Below, piece after piece: positions 1-14,229 of a DNA stretch of 64,000 bases. The stretch spans positions 60,638,001-60,702,000 of the forward strand of contig NC_087436.1 of NCBI RefSeq assembly GCF_036321535.1, given 5' to 3'. How positions within the stretch are numbered: position 1 is the first letter of the stretch; each line of letters begins with the position of its first letter. Origin of the DNA: Camelus dromedarius. Lineage: Eukaryota. The notes beneath the pieces are model-generated. The model was not told the DNA's origin. It saw only the letters and a list, made by a program, of their open reading frames with translations, and did not search any database. The translations under genes and the position numbers were made by a program.

Positions 1-142
1 GTCCTCCAGCTTACAGATGACAGATTCTCGGACTTTTTGGCCTCCATAACCACATGAACCAAATTTCTACATTAAGTCTCCTCTTATATTCTCTCTCTGT
101 ATCCTATTGCTCCCATTCCTCTGGAAAGCCCTGACTAGTACA
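1..142 (+). mobile_element. 3' end of MLT2-type (ERVL) LTR, cut by window edge
   Basis: ccagcttacagatgacag...cctccataaccacatgaacc...tatcctattg...ctctggaaagccctgactagtaca matches the MLT2 U5 terminus ending in CA. Confidence 0.8.
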
Positions 143-724
143 GTCAGTCTGGGACTTAACTGTCACCAGGATGGAAGGTGATGTGTAAGTGTTACAGCTG
201 TTAACTCCAGTTAAGGACTCGGTGGTAAATGAACAGGAAGCATTCAGATGAAACCGCCCCTGGGGCCACAAGGCTTCTTTCTGGCGGAAAATTTCTTTTC
301 AACTTTCAGTTCTCTTATTAAATGTTACTTCTTTTAAGAGTTTTCTCTGACTCTCAGAATTGATTAAATTGCCATTTTATGCATTATCATAATACCACAT
401 GGATTCCCTCCAAAATGCATATAGCATCTAAGTATATATCTGTATAACTATTAAAATTCTGTACCCCACCTTACAAAGGGTGCAGGGGCTGTTTTTGCCT
501 CCAGTGTTCTAATTCTGACATTTAGCAGACAGACAAGTCATATTTGTTGTATAAGTTGTTACTCCAATATAGTGCTTGTAAGGGGCTGAGGCACATATGC
601 ACTCTGAGTCCCTTCAGGCACAGAAGGTCTTAAGTGTTTCTACCCCAGAAGACTGGAAGGGTGATGACAGAAGACTGTCCGAATAGTATGGTTTACAGTT
701 TTGCATTTATATTTTCATGATAAA

Positions 725-748
725 GTGTGTGTGTGTATGTGTGTGTGT
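725..748. repeat. (TG)n microsatellite
   Basis: gtgtgtgtgtgtatgtgtgtgtgt. Confidence 0.9.
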
Positions 749-1419
749 TTAACATAAGTAAGTAATGCATCTGAGCACATTTTATTGTAAAATTACTTTT
801 CTTCCTTTGAAACATACAAATGACTCCTTCAAAAGTGTCCTTGCTTCTTTCTCTGCCGTGCTTTGCCATCATTTATCACTCAGAGAATGAGGCTGTGGTA
901 CAAAAGGTGAAAAAGACAGGCAGGAGTCCAGAAGACAGAAGCTGTGAATTTAATCCTGACTAAATGGCTGGTGGGCTGGGTGACCTAGACCTGGACATGT
1001 TTTAAATCTTCTTAGATCTGTGGCTCTGCAAAGCCCCATAAGCAAAGTTTTCCTGATAGAAACAGATGTCCATATATTACCAGTTATGTATGTAGTGCAA
1101 CTTAATATCATGAAAGCAATGACAAAGACATGGAGATTTTTTCAGGGGCAGCATGCTGTAATAGAAGAGAAAGAATGAGGGCTATTATGTCAGGTAGACC
1201 TTAAACCTGATGCTTCCACTTTCAGCTGGGCCTCATCTAAAGTGGTCTACATTTAGAATTAAAACATACAAAGCATATAAAACATACCATATAAAACACA
1301 CTTTACATATGTATGTTTTGACAAATTATAATCCCTTTACCTGATAAATATTAAGGAATCAAAGCTATAGTCAGCTGTTCTATATTTTACCTGAATCAAT
1401 GTAACTTTTCCACTTGTAA

Positions 1420-1555
1420 CAGTGTACTGTATTTTTATGAGATATTGTCTTCAGAAGACACTGGGTAAAGAGCCCATGGGATCTCTCTGTGTTACTTCTC
1501 ACAACTATGTGTGACTCCACAATTATCTCAAAACAAAAAGTTTAATTTTAAAAAG
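1420..1555 (+). mobile_element. Old L1 (L1MC-type) 3'UTR terminus
   Basis: ctgggtaaag...gggatctctctgtgttacttctcacaactatgtgtgactccacaattatctcaaaacaaaaagtt is a typical L1MC 3' end. Confidence 0.65.
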
Positions 1556-3639
1556 TCTCTAGTTAGTGAGAGGGAGGATAACCTCAATTAATAGAGTGGC
1601 ATAGCTGGGGGAAGCTAAAAATGCAATTATTCATTCCCCATCATTTCACAAATGATATAAGGAGTCATTCCACAGATGATGTAAGGAAGCCCAATGCAGT
1701 TAAGTAAGTGACCTGGGCAACACTTAACTAATTACTAACAGAACCAGCAAAACATGCTTAGGGTCCCCGCTCCAGGTTGGGTTTATTACACAAATCTAAG
1801 TGTATTTTTGAAGAGGACTCCTTAACATCTAAGTATTCTTTACTGTTCCAATTCTGGGGTTGCTGTATTTGTATCTATAGCCTTTTATAGAGATGACTAT
1901 TTTTTCTGAACAGTCTTTGTGATCCTTAGTACTATTAGAGAATTTCATAAAATCCCTTCATGTTGTGCTTTAGGAAAGCATCTTTTGGCAAATAACCTTG
2001 AAATCTTGGATACAAGCTTGAGTAAGTAATCAGAACTTAGGAGTTCTGGTATCAATCTTCTGTTGCTGCTCTGTGGCAGAAATGCCTTTGACAGGTTGTC
2101 CGCATCAAGTCTTACTCTTATAGGACAAAAATAATGCTATAGCTAGTAACATATTCATCCCCTCTTTTGTTGGAATATAATGAATGAGAAAGATGCAACA
2201 TTTACAAATAAAACAAATTGGATGTATTAATTTTAATATTTAATTTGAAACATTATTCAGGGCCAAGAAGGGCTTTTGTGTAATATGTCTTACAGGACCC
2301 CAGCAAATCCTCCCTCAAAACACTACATCTTTGACTGGCTTCTCTTTCTCTAAGTTTCCCATTGTTTTTATTTACATTTGTTACATCTACATATAAGCAT
2401 ATCAGAAAAGTTTTTTTTTTTGTAACCACCAATGTTTTATGTTGTTTTCTAACAGAAAACTCGCTGAAGCCAACATCCTGGGGTTATAAAGCACATTATA
2501 ATTAAATTCTGTTGGAAGGAACATTAAGTCATGATCAGGAAGGGCTGGTCTTCATGGGCCATGGTAATGGGAATCTTAGTGCAGTAGCAGGTCTGAGTTA
2601 AGGGTGTGTATGTGGAAAAAGCAGTAAATCAAAATAAGGAGAGAAGTATTGAAAAGGCTTATGTGAAGATGTCTTAGAAATACATTCTACTATTTTACTG
2701 TTTCATTTAATGTAAGTATTTAGCATCAATGTATTTATCATCAACATAATGACATTAAAAATACACAGATAATATTTTCCTAAAGAATATCAAAGGGAAT
2801 TGGAGAAATATAAAAATACCATGTATATAGTAAAATAAGTGTCATCACAAATATTAGGTGTGACTCTTAAATCAGAAACATGCTAAAATTATTGAAATTA
2901 ACGTGCAAAGTGATAAGGAGGTACAAGATTTAAATGTTTTCCCACCAGAAACCATTTGTGTATATTAAAGGAGAACTGGATATTTTTTAATGCCTTAACT
3001 GTGAGCTCTGATGTTAAAACAAAATCTCTTTTTCAACAAGTTGACTTAAAAGTTCCAGCTAGAATAATTTGTGTATACTTTTCACTTCTACAAAAATAAT
3101 TATTCAAATTTCTCTTCCATTCTTTTGGCTGCGTACTAGAGTTCTGTATAAGGGGATATGTTATCTTGAGCCCTAAAGAGATGAATCAGGGTTAGAACTA
3201 ACAGCACTACCCAGCAGTTAGAGATGAAGACCAGCATGGTAGTTCATTCTGTGGCTGTTTTGGTACAGCTATAATCAAGCCCATGAGTGAATTCTATTTC
3301 AATTCACTGTCTAGTACTGCATTAGAAAATATGAAAGCATTCTTTTATGTTCTTTCTCAAGTATGTGCAATTCCTTACTATTGAGAATTCCACATCTAAA
3401 TGCAACCATGTTTGAGGACAAAGGCTGCATGACATACATAATTTCTTAGCATATGTGGCAATGTTTACCAAACACCATTTCCCTGATATGAATGAAATCT
3501 CCACAATGGTGGAAAAAATACTTAGGGCACTGTTTCTACCACTACCTTGCTTCTTTACACTTCCCTCCCCTTTTTTAAATCATAAAAAGAATAAAACTAA
3601 CATCTCAGATAAAGAGAAAAACATGATAGCCTCTTTTAA

Positions 3640-4480
3640 ACTTTTCCATCTAAGTTTGATCATTATAAAAGTTTACTGTGTATCCTTAAAAGGCAATTTC
3701 TTTTCAGTTACACATACCTACAGACCTTACACAGACATGTACCTGTATGCACACACACACTTTATCATCATTTATATTGTTTTGTGACTTGTTTTTTCAC
3801 CTAGTAGGTTATACAGATTAAATTTTTATGATAGTTAGGGTATTGTCAATTACGTGCTATTACAAACATAATGGTATGAGTATCCTTTTACTATATTATT
3901 TCTATATATGTAAAATATGATTATCATGTCATTTCTTTAAAATACAATGTTCTTAATCAATTTTTAACTTTGATGGATACTGCCACCTTTCTCTCCACAA
4001 CGACTAGACACATTTATACCCCCACCAGTAGTAAGCCAGGGTCCCTTTCCCACCACCTCATTTTAAATCTTATCAACTCTGCCCAACAGAATTTCCTGCA
4101 GTTATGTAAGTGTCCTATATCTGTGCTATCTAAGATGGTAGCCACTAGCTACATACAGCTATTTAGCACTTGAAATTTGGTTACCACAATCAAGGAATCA
4201 AATCTTAAATTTTATTCAAGTTATTTTAAATTTAAATAGCTACGTGTGGCTAGTGCCTACCATATTGAACAGCATGGTTATACACAGACTAGGATCTGGT
4301 TTAATTTGTATTTTCCTGTTACTCACAAGGTTGTTCCTTTTTCACACTTTTAAAGTGGTTTATTTGTCACTTTAAACTATCTGCTAAATTGTTTGTATAC
4401 TTTGTTATTTTTCTATTATATTTTATGTTTTTATTTTATTAATTTATAGGTAATATTACTCATGCGTGTTTGTTTCTATT
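3640..4480 (-). mobile_element. Degenerate L1ME-type 3' fragment, interrupted by MER3
   Basis: Antisense L1 3' motifs: gtgctattacaaac, atggatactgccac...ctcca, atttatacccccaccagtagt, ggtttaatttgtatttt. Confidence 0.55.
4075..4277 (+). mobile_element. MER3 non-autonomous hAT-Charlie element
   Basis: ctatatctgtgctatctaagatggtagccactagctacat...agcacttgaaat...tttaaatagctacgtgtggctagtgcctaccatattgaacagca, with the internal inverted repeats of MER3. Confidence 0.8.
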
Positions 4481-4489
4481 TGATGTTTA

Positions 4490-6145
4490 TTAATACTTCT
4501 CCTAACTTACTTTCTAACTCTTTCTCTTATTCCTCTCCTGTTCGGTCCCATTTTGTGTATGTGGTACACTTGATGGTGTCCCACATGTCCCTTGGTCTCT
4601 ATTCATTTTTTTTTTTCGATTTCTGTTACTTAAACGGGATAATCACAAAAGATCTATATTAAATTTTACTTATTCTTTTTTCTGCCATTACAATTCTTTT
4701 GTTAAGTCCCTCTAGTAAATTCTTCATATGTTATTTTAGTTTTTAAGTAACAGATTTCTACTTAATTATGTTGTTATTTTTAGCTCTTTATTGATATTCT
4801 GGTTTGAGATCTCATTCTCATACTTTCCATTAATTCTCTAGGTATAATATCCTTTAGTTCTTGAAGATATTTATAATAGCTGATTTAAAATCTTTGACTA
4901 TTAAGTCCTATGTTTGGCCTTTCTCAAGGGCAGTTTCTGTTGACTGTTTTCCTCCCTGTGCATGAGGCATATTTCTATCCTATTTCTTTCTTTGTCTCAT
5001 AATTTTATTGAACAATAAAACATTTAAAATAACATATTGTGTTATTCCCAGCTCTGGGAATCAGAGAAATCAGACTCCCTCCACTCTCAGAATTTGCTGC
5101 TATTTCTGTTTAGTTTTTCCTCTTTGTTTATGACTTTCCTTTTGTTTGTGACTTTCCTGAACGAACTCAGTTAATCTGTGTTCTCTGCTATGTGCAGCCA
5201 CTTAATTCTCTGTTTTGGTTAGCTTAGTCATCAGCTAATAATTAGACCAAGATTTCCTCAAATGTCTTTGACCAATATGTTTTATAGCCTTTGCGAGGGC
5301 AGCTGTGTTTATGTTTGGGCACATCTTCAACACTCCAGCGGATAACTGACAACTCTCTCTTAACCTTTAGTTTTTCATTGTAGAGACTCAAGGTCAGCCA
5401 TTTTTTTTTTAACACTTTCCAATAATCTTTGTTTTTAATATCAATTGACATTTTTAAAAATATAGAGGCGTTTGACACAGAATAGCATCACTGTGTAGAA
5501 GTCAGGCCTTCTCAGGTGTTCTCTAGGCATGCTCACAATCCTGCAGGAATATAGAGAGCTTTACAAAGCCCTTTAAAGTCCTCTCATTCCCTAGTTTTTC
5601 CTTTAAAAAAATTTTTTTAAGTTAGTCCTAAGTGGTATTTCCCCTTCAGGAAGCTGTAATTTTAAACAATTGTCAGTAATTGTTTTAGACACATATTTTG
5701 GGGATATGGCTATTCTCAGAAAATTTTAAATCAGGTCAAGTAAAGATAAGACCTGATGATGGAGCTTTTCAGGTAGCTTCCATAAAAATCAAATGGTAAC
5801 GGTAAAATGCAATGCGATTTTGAGGACTTTCAAGCCTATTTTTGCCCCTCCATTGACTTCTATGCTGATGGTTTTTACAGCGACCTTGGTTGCAGTTTGA
5901 GTCTGTTGCTTTTCAAGGCTACCATGGAGCTGGTTAGAGGGGAAAGGGAATGAGGCATCTGAAACACCATGAAGTTCACAGCTTATACCAAGATTCAGTG
6001 ATTTTTCTGAAATACAGTATTTTTTGATTGTTGAAAGCTTTTGGTTAGTTTTCAGAGTTCTAAAGAAGTTGGTTTTGACAATTTTGCTAGTGTTCCTGCT
6101 TCTTTTATGAAGAATTGGTTTGGAGGGTTTTGCTCCACCATTCTG
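4490..6145 (-). mobile_element. Ancient L1M (L1MC/L1MD-type) 5'UTR plus ORF1 start, antisense
   Basis: Antisense ORF1 motif acacttgatggtgtcccaca near 4570; 5'-terminal motif aagttggttttgacaattttgctagtgtt...ttttatgaaga...gctccaccattct near 6070-6145. Confidence 0.6.
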
Positions 6146-6284
6146 TAAATGCTTCTCCCTCTTCCTCTCATTTTAAAACAACTACAGAGGATTAGGAAAA
6201 TATAACTAGCCATATAGAATAATGAAAGGATGTATAATTGCCATCACTTATAGTTAACAAAATAAAATTCAAGGTGATAACATT

Positions 6285-7680
6285 AATGGCAACAACTAGA
6301 CATCTACATGCAAAATAACAAAAAAAGACACAGACCTTACATGTTTTATAAAAACTAACTTGAAATGGATCATGGACCCAAAGGTAAAACACAAAACTAT
6401 AAAATTCCTAGAAGGTAATATAGGAGAAACCTAGATGACCTTGGGTATAGTAATGGCATTTAGATATAACACCAAATGTGTGATCCATGAAAGAAATTAC
6501 TGATAAGCTGGACTTGATTAAAATTGAAAATTCTTGCTCTGTGAAAGGTAATGTCAAGGGAATGAGAAGACAAGCCATGGGCTGGGAGAAAATATTTGCA
6601 AAAGATATCTGATACATATCTGATAAAGGACTGTAAACCAAAATACACACCAAAAAAACCTCTTCAAACTCAACAATAAGGAACAAACATTAAAAAATGG
6701 GCAAAGACTTTAACAGACACCTCACTAAAGAAGATATACAGATGACAAATAAGCATCTGAAAAGGTACTCCACATCATATATCATCAAGGAAATGCAAAT
6801 TAAGACAAGATACCACTACACACCTATCGGAATGGCCAATATCTAGAACACTGACAAAATTAAATGCTGACAAAGATGTGGATCAACAGGAATTCTCATT
6901 CATTACTGGTGGAAATGAAAAAGAATACAGCCACTTTGGAAGACAGTTTGGCCATTTCTTACAAAATTAAACATACTCTTACCATATGATCCAGTAATCA
7001 GGCTCCTTGGTGTTTACTCAAAGGAGTTGAAAACTTATGTCCACACAAAAATCTGCACATGAAATATTTATAGCAACTTCATTCCTAATTGCCAAAACTT
7101 GGAAACAATCAAAACAGCCTTCAGTAGGTAAATGGGTAAATAAACTGTGGTACATCCAGACATTGGAATACTATTAGGCACCTAAAAGAAATGATCTATC
7201 AAGCCATGAAAAGACATCTTAAATGAATATTACTAAGTGAAAGAAGCCAATCCAAAAAGGGATTTTGGATTCTAACTACATGACATTGTGGAAAAGGCTA
7301 AACTGTGGAATGAGTAAAAAATATCAGCAGTTGCCAGAGGTTGTGGCGAAAGAGGGATGAATAGGTGGAGCATAAAGGATTTTTAGGGAAATGAAAATAC
7401 TCCATATGATACTACAAGGATATACACGTGTCATTCTACATTTGTTCAAACCCATAGAATGTACAACACCAAGAGTGAACCCTGATGTAAACCATGGTCT
7501 CAGGACGATTATGATGTGTCAACATAGGTTCATCAATGACAATAAATGTACTTCTTTGATGGGGGATGTTGATAATGAGGAAGCTATGCATGTGTGGGGG
7601 CAGGGAGTATATGGGAATGTTGTATTTTATTTTTAGTTTTGCTGTAAACTTAAAACTACTCAAAACTGTCTTCAAATAGG
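6285..7680 (+). mobile_element. L1MC1-type 5'-truncated LINE-1 (ORF2 3' part and 3'UTR)
   Basis: ORF2 remnant (aaaactataaaattcctagaag, gaaatgcaaattaagac, ccatatgatccag) and diagnostic 3'UTR aaacccatagaatgtacaacaccaagagtgaaccctgatgtaaac...gctatgcatgtgtgggggcagggagtatatgggaa. Confidence 0.85.
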
Positions 7681-9957
7681 GAAAAAAATTATTAATAGCT
7701 GAATAGATATTTTATTTTGATTAAACAGGAAATAGTTATGGGTCTTTGTGTTGCAAACAATATGCCTTTGAAACATATAAATGTAGAGGGAAGAATATAC
7801 AAAACTACAAGGGTCAAAACTTCAACATACCACTCCCATAAGTAATTACACATAGCCTACAATAATATATTATTACAGTATTATACAGTATTGTAACAGA
7901 GCTGTTTCAGAAATCTTTACCCTTACAAAAAATAATTTACATTTTTTAAATGTCATGAATAGTTATAAAAAAACTCTTCAGCTAATAAGAAAATCTCTAA
8001 AAATTCTCAAAAGTGGAATTTCAATGCATTACATTTTCTGAGCACAATAAAACTCTAGTTTAATGAGGAAAAGACAGAAAAAGTAATTAAATAAACCTAC
8101 CTAATTTGAAATACTCTTCTAAATAACACTGAAAGAGAAAATCAAAACTGAAAAAAAAAAACATTTTAGAAAGCTAAGACACTTTTAACTTTCAAAAAGC
8201 TCTTTTCAAATAGTAGCTATTATTCTTTTCTGGATACAGTAATTTCATGACATTCTCCAAGGATACAAATTTCAAATAAAAAGTTGCTCTCTTTTTATCT
8301 CCTCTTTCTTAAAAGCAGATTTTGACAGTATTAAACATTATAACATCTATAATTACATTTCCCAGAGGTAACTACTTTTTCTACCTCTACTTTGTGCTAT
8401 TCTGGTGGTTATCTCTTTAACGCTGAATAAAATAATTATATCTCTGTTTTATGGATTAACAACTTTAGGTATTATCTGTTTCCTCCCTTTGAAAGATTAG
8501 TATTTGCTCACATTACCCACTGTCTCTTCTTGACTTTGTCCTTTTCACACTGGATATTTTTAACTCCTCTGTGGTTACCTTAGTAATTAAAAAAAAATTC
8601 CTAAGCCAATCTTTCTTATAACAATAACTTTAGACAAGGATCTAAACTACCCTCTGTGTAATGGGAAGATATTACTAATCCTATCATTTAATTTTCTTCT
8701 CATCTCAAACTTCCATGTAGATACCTCCATTATTATAATGTTAAAGGACAATAATATTACATTTAAGTTATATGTGCTTCATCAAAAATTTAAGCAAAAT
8801 ATTCAAATTCAACAAACTGTAATTTCATTATTATATCTTTGTTCACTCCTGAGCCAAGTAGTATACTAGAATTTAAATTTCCTTCTCAATAGGTCTAATG
8901 CCATGACCCCCATGACTCTAAAAATATCAAGCTCAAATGGATTTTTTTATTCTTATTCTTTATTCTTATACTCCTTTGACAAGTCAAAATCAGGCCACAT
9001 TTCACACTTCGCTTAATATTAGAACCATTCTTTGTGTGGCTTTTTGGTTTTTTCCTAGTAGTTTTTATTACCTTTGTGTTGTTGTTTTAAAAAATGTATT
9101 TTTAACAACACTTCCTCAAAATTATTCAGCCTGTTAGAGAATTTTTACTAAAAGTTATAATCTGGTTGTGTTTCTTTTTTGTGCTATTGATTTTTTTGCA
9201 AGTGTCTGGTGGTTATTTTTTTTCTTCATTATAAAGGGAAAAATAATTTGATTAATACTGACACTGGCACAGGGTTCTATTGTCTTTATGTATATCTGTT
9301 TCTCTAAGTGTCTTTTTTTTTTTTTTTTTTTTTTGGAAGGAAAACAAGCAATCTCTGGGTGCATAGGAAGGCATGTGAATTTTTAGGCTTTATTTTAGAA
9401 AATTCATGGGCAGGTAGCAGCCAGGCACACTGCACTCCACCTCAAAAAAAAAAAGGATTTGTATTTGTTTCTACCATCTTGGGGAACTACTAATTAGGGA
9501 CTATGCCAAATCAAATTTGTATTGGGGCCATTTTGAGCCCCACAGGCATTGTGAATTCAAAACTCTCCTGGGAAGACTCTAATGGTTCCCACATCTGCTA
9601 AAATTTCTTTCTGTCCATTTTCTGCCTTCTGATTTCTCTGCTTAATTTCTACCTTTGTGTGTCATTTAAATATGGCTCTTAAAAACAGCTAATTATACTC
9701 TTTGTCTTTGATGGGGAATTTATCTAATCAATATGTTTAAACTTTTTGCTGCCACCTTGTGTTAAGTTTTCTGTTGTTCATGTTTTTAAATGTCATTTTA
9801 AAATGCCTTTTTTGCATTTAATCTAACTTTGTTACTTCTTTCTCCCTAATGAATTGTATATTCTATATTTTATTTCTATTATTTGATTAGTTGCCCTTAA
9901 ATTTGGAACAGAATATTTCAATGCATTTTTTCTATCAATGTCAAGAATTAATCATTT

Positions 9958-10830
9958 CATGCTCAGTATTTCTAATTATCAGAGAAATGCAAATCAAAAC
10001 TACAACAAAGTACCACCTCACAACAGTCAGAATGGCCATCATTCAAAAGTCCACAAACTAAATGCTGGAGAAGCTGTGGAGAAAAGGGAACCCTCCTACA
10101 CTGTTGATGGGAATGTAATTTGGTGCAGCCACTATGGAAAACAGTATGGAGGTTCCTTAAAAAACTAAAAATGAATTTACCATATGATCCAGCAATCCCA
10201 CTCCTGGGCATATATCCAGAGAAAACTCCAATTCAAAAAGATACATGCATCCCAATGTTCATAGCAGCACTATTTACAATAGCCAAGACATGGAAGTAAG
10301 CTAAATGTCCACTGACAGATGACTGGATAAAGACGTTGTGGTATATTTATACAATGGAATACCACTCAGCCATAAAACAAGAATAAAATAATGTCATTTG
10401 CAGCAACATGCACAGACCTAGAGATTGTCATACTAAGTGAAGTAAGACAGAGAGAGAAAGAAAAATACCATATGATATCACTTATATGTGGAATCTGAAA
10501 AATGACACAAATTGAACTTATTTACAAAATAGAAACAGACTCACAGACATAGAAAACAAACATGGTTACCAGAAGGGAAAGGGGAGGGGAGGGAGGGATA
10601 AACTGGGAGTTTGGGATTTTCAGATACTAACTACTATATATAAAATAAATAACAAGGTCCTACTGTATAGCACAGGGAACTACAGTCAATACTTTATAAT
10701 AGCCTATAATGAAAAAGAATATGAAAAGGAATATATATATATATAAAATATGTAAGTGAATCACTATGCTGTATACCAGAAACTAACACAACCTTGTAAA
10801 CCAACTATACTTCAATAAAAAAGAAAAAAA
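9958..10830 (+). mobile_element. 5'-truncated cetartiodactyl-type L1 with A-tail and TSD
   Basis: ORF2 C-terminus and 3'UTR (ctactgtatagcacagggaac), aataaa then A-tail; TSD aagaattaatcattt (9943-9957) / aagaattcatcattt (10831-10845), 1 mismatch. Confidence 0.92.
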
Positions 10831-11218
10831 AAGAATTCATCATTTGAATTTTGATAAATATTATAATTGTTTATTACATTATGGATCTTAAGTTTTGTGA
10901 ATCCTGCTTTAAGAATTGTATTAAATTTTGGAGTGGCAGCCTCAATAATTACTTAGAGTTAACTGAACATTTTTCTGGCCCCTTGGCTCATCACTGTTTC
11001 TTGAATCCAAAATTTTTCTCTTCCCTGGGATGTAGTTACTTTTCTGATAATGTTTCCTCAAGCCAAGTGTATGGCTGTCATGAGCTGAACAATGGATGTA
11101 GAAATACTCACAATAATGCTAAAGCCTTACTTAAAATTCATTACTATGAATCATATGTAGCTCTTCATGCTGATCTGTGTTACTACACTATTCTATTCCC
11201 TCTCCTATTCCTCTAGAT

Positions 11219-11917
11219 CTGTGCTATCCGATAAGGCAGCCACTATCCACATGTGGGTATTTAAACTCTAATTTAAGTGAACCAAAATTAAAGTTAAAAA
11301 TATCTTGTTTTCAGCTGCACTAGTCATATTTCAAGCACCCAGCTACAATATAGTGACAGCGGCCACACTGGTAGGATGAATAACCGCCCCCCAAAGTTCA
11401 GTCTACACCCCAATCCCCAGAACCTATGAATGTTACCTTACAAAAGGGATTCTGCCAATGTGATTGAGGTTCAAGACATTGAGGTAGGGATATTAGCCTG
11501 GATTATCCAGGTGGGCCTAATGTAATCACAAAGATCTTTAAAAGTAGAAGCAGGAGGTGGAAGAAATGATCAGAGTAATAAGATGTGAGAAGTAATCAAC
11601 AGGCCTTACTGGCTTTGAAGTTGCAGGAAGGGACTGAGCCAAGGGATACAGCTGGTCTCTAGAAGTCAGAACAGGTAGATTCTCCATTAGAGCCTCCAGA
11701 AAGGAAAGTGACTCTGCCAGCACCTTGATTTTAGTCCAGGCAGACCATGTTGGACTTCTCACCTATAGAACTTCAAGGTATTAAATGTGTATTGTTTAAG
11801 CCACCTACTGTGAGATCATTTGTTATGGTGGAAATCAAAAACAAATACAGATACTGTACCAGATACTGCAGATATAGAGCATTTCCATCATTGTAGGAGG
11901 CTGTATTGGAGAGCACT
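11219..11917 (-). mobile_element. MER3, split into 11219-11366 and 11850-11917 by an MLT1D insertion
   Basis: The two halves join into a reverse MER3: ctgtgctatccgataaggcagccactatccacatgtgg... and ...gcagatatagagcatttccatcattgtaggaggctgtattggagagcact. Confidence 0.75.
11367..11849 (+). mobile_element. MLT1D-type MaLR solo LTR
   Basis: tggtaggatgaataaccgccccccaaag...cctggattatccaggtgggcctaatgtaatcaca...agagcctccagaaagga...ctgccagcaccttgattttag...aaataca; degenerate 5-bp TSD gccac/gatac. Confidence 0.85.
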
Positions 11918-12113
11918 CATTTATAAAAATTTAAATGATAAAAGGTGTGGTACATGGGGCCCTGATTCACTTTTCCTAGCTTTCTCTTTTTTTATATATG
12001 TTCATTTTCTGGATGATCTCCTCTAGTCTTGTATCTTTGCATGGATAACTATAAAAGCTGTTGATTTCCAAATTTATATCTCCAGTTTGGACCCCTCTTC
12101 TGAACACCAGATG

Positions 12114-12138
12114 CATATATATATATATATATATATAT
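12114..12138. repeat. (TA)n microsatellite
   Basis: About 12 TA units. Confidence 0.9.
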
Positions 12139-12473
12139 GCACAACTGAAAATTTGACATCTCCAATGGGGTTTGTAATAGAGCTCTCAAACACAGCATGT
12201 CCAAAACTGAATTCCTGATTTCCTCCACAGTACTGTTACTTTACCTATATCTTCCTCATCTTAGTGGAAATACTATTTTTAATTTCTCAGGAAAAAGCAC
12301 AAGTCATTTTGACTCTGTATTTGTCTCGTAACACTCATAGTCTCTATTAGAAATCTTGCTGACTCAACCAACAAAATGTATCTTGGATCTGATGACTCCT
12401 CATCACTTCCATTGCTACCACCCTTTTCGGAGCCACCATCATCTTTAGCCTAGACTAATGTAATGTCCCACCC

Positions 12474-12950
12474 TGTTAGTCAAAGTCCAGTGGAATAACA
12501 GAACCTACTTTGCGGAATTAATAGAAGCTATTTACCAAAGTGTTAGAATATCTGGAAGAACAATTAGAAGAGTTAAACTAATCTGGATATCAATTACTAC
12601 AGGCAGCTGCTACTCTAACCCTAGAGTCAGTGTTCCTGGAACCCAAGAGCCAAGACCATCCAACCGAAGTGGCAACCAGAGTAGGTCTGTCCAGCCAGGA
12701 CTAGCCATGGGACATGTGCAGCAGCCACTAGAGGTACAACCCAAAGCGAAGAGAGAGGGAGCTTGGTTCTCCCTTCTTCCTGACTTTAACTTCATGACAG
12801 TGTTTATCCTTGATCAAATTCAGCCTGAAACCTTTTGGCAAAGGAGCCTAAGAAATACATTTACAAGGAGTATACATCTCTAATATATAGATCTGATCAG
12901 AGGAAAGACAGGGAATGGATTTACGAGAAAAGAGAACACTTCCGAGTGTG
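12474..12950 (-). mobile_element. ERVL LTR of the LTR33/LTR41 group inserted in L2
   Basis: Starts tgttagtcaaagtccag; has gcagctgctactctaaccctag, ggcaaaggagcctaagaaat and cagggaatggatt motifs; interrupts a colinear L2. Confidence 0.55.
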
Positions 12951-14229
12951 TTCCCCAGCTTCCATTATATAGCTGTCTATCCACTGCCACTCTGTAACAC
13001 ACATGTTCTGTTCTGACAAAGCAAGCAAGTGATCCTTTTATAAAGAAAAGCAAATCATTCCAACATTCTGCTCAAAATCCTATCATTGGCTTCCCATATC
13101 TCAGAGTAAAAGTCAAATTCATTACAGCAGCCTGTAACACCTACGTGACCCGTCTCCCAATTCCCCAACCCTTGCCTCTCTGATCCCACCTCCTTTTTTT
13201 CCCCAACTCAATTTTCTCCAGCCACAGTGATCAGCTTGTTTTTCTCAGAGAACGCAAAGAACCTGCCTAACTCAATCTTTCCAGCTGCTGGGATTTTCTT
13301 CCACTGATATTTGCTTAGCTTACTCCTTTACCTGCTTCAGTCATGTTCAAATGTTTTCAGGCTAAAGACTAATCCTTGGGCATCACATCATTAGTATGTG
13401 GAGAACAGTTAACAAATACTGCATTGTAAAAGAGTGAAACTAGGAGATCTATGCAGTGCCCACTGCTTTTACTCTCGCTGATGACTCCTTTATTAAACCA
13501 TGCCAATTTAACTCAGCTTCATTGTCTTCCTCTATGATATCTAATGAAAAACATGACATTATCAAAATAATAACTGTAAAAAGAACTGAACAGAAATGAA
13601 CACTCAAATGACACCCAGCACATTTTTGTTGTTGATGTCGTTCAATACAATTCATTTCATGGTTCAACTCAGCAAGTATCCTGTTTGAACAAAATAATAA
13701 TAGAGAAGAATACAGTAGACTAAAGCAACAATTTCATTATATACCAGAAACAAGTGTCATGTCAAAGAATCACAGACTTGACAGATTTTCAACAAGAAAC
13801 AAATTGAGTAAAACAATCTCGGCTGTCTACATGTTGCTCTCTTGTGTTTTTCTCTCATTTCAAGGATATTCTTATTAAATGCTGACTGAAGCATAGAGTT
13901 GCACACTGCCACATTTTAAAAGTATTTCTTAGTTTCCCTCAATAAAACAGTAACAACAAAACAACATGTAATTTAGAAGTAAAATCTGTTGCCAAAGCCA
14001 AAATCAATGTATAGGCACTTCTCTGCCTCACACCCGCCCTGAGTCACATGAATAATCTCTTACCTGAAAGTCATGTTAGCGAAGTTGTTGCTTTCAACCA
14101 AGATCCGTTTTTTCATTGTTGACCTGCAGTCTTCTTGGCCAACAAGCAAGTGTGGTAGTTTGTAAAAGTGACCCAGAATCCTCATTCCTTTCTGTATCCG
14201 TGCCCGTTTCAGTGTGATTTTCAGCTCCT

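Larger units (their letters stand above)
11950..13350 (+). mobile_element. L2 (L2a-like) fragment, interrupted by an LTR at about 12474-12950
   Basis: gatttccaaatttatatctccag...ctctcaaacacagcatgtccaaaactgaattcctgat...agccaccatcatct; resumes with ctgctcaaaatcc...tggcttcccat...cagagtaaaagtcaaa. Confidence 0.75.
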
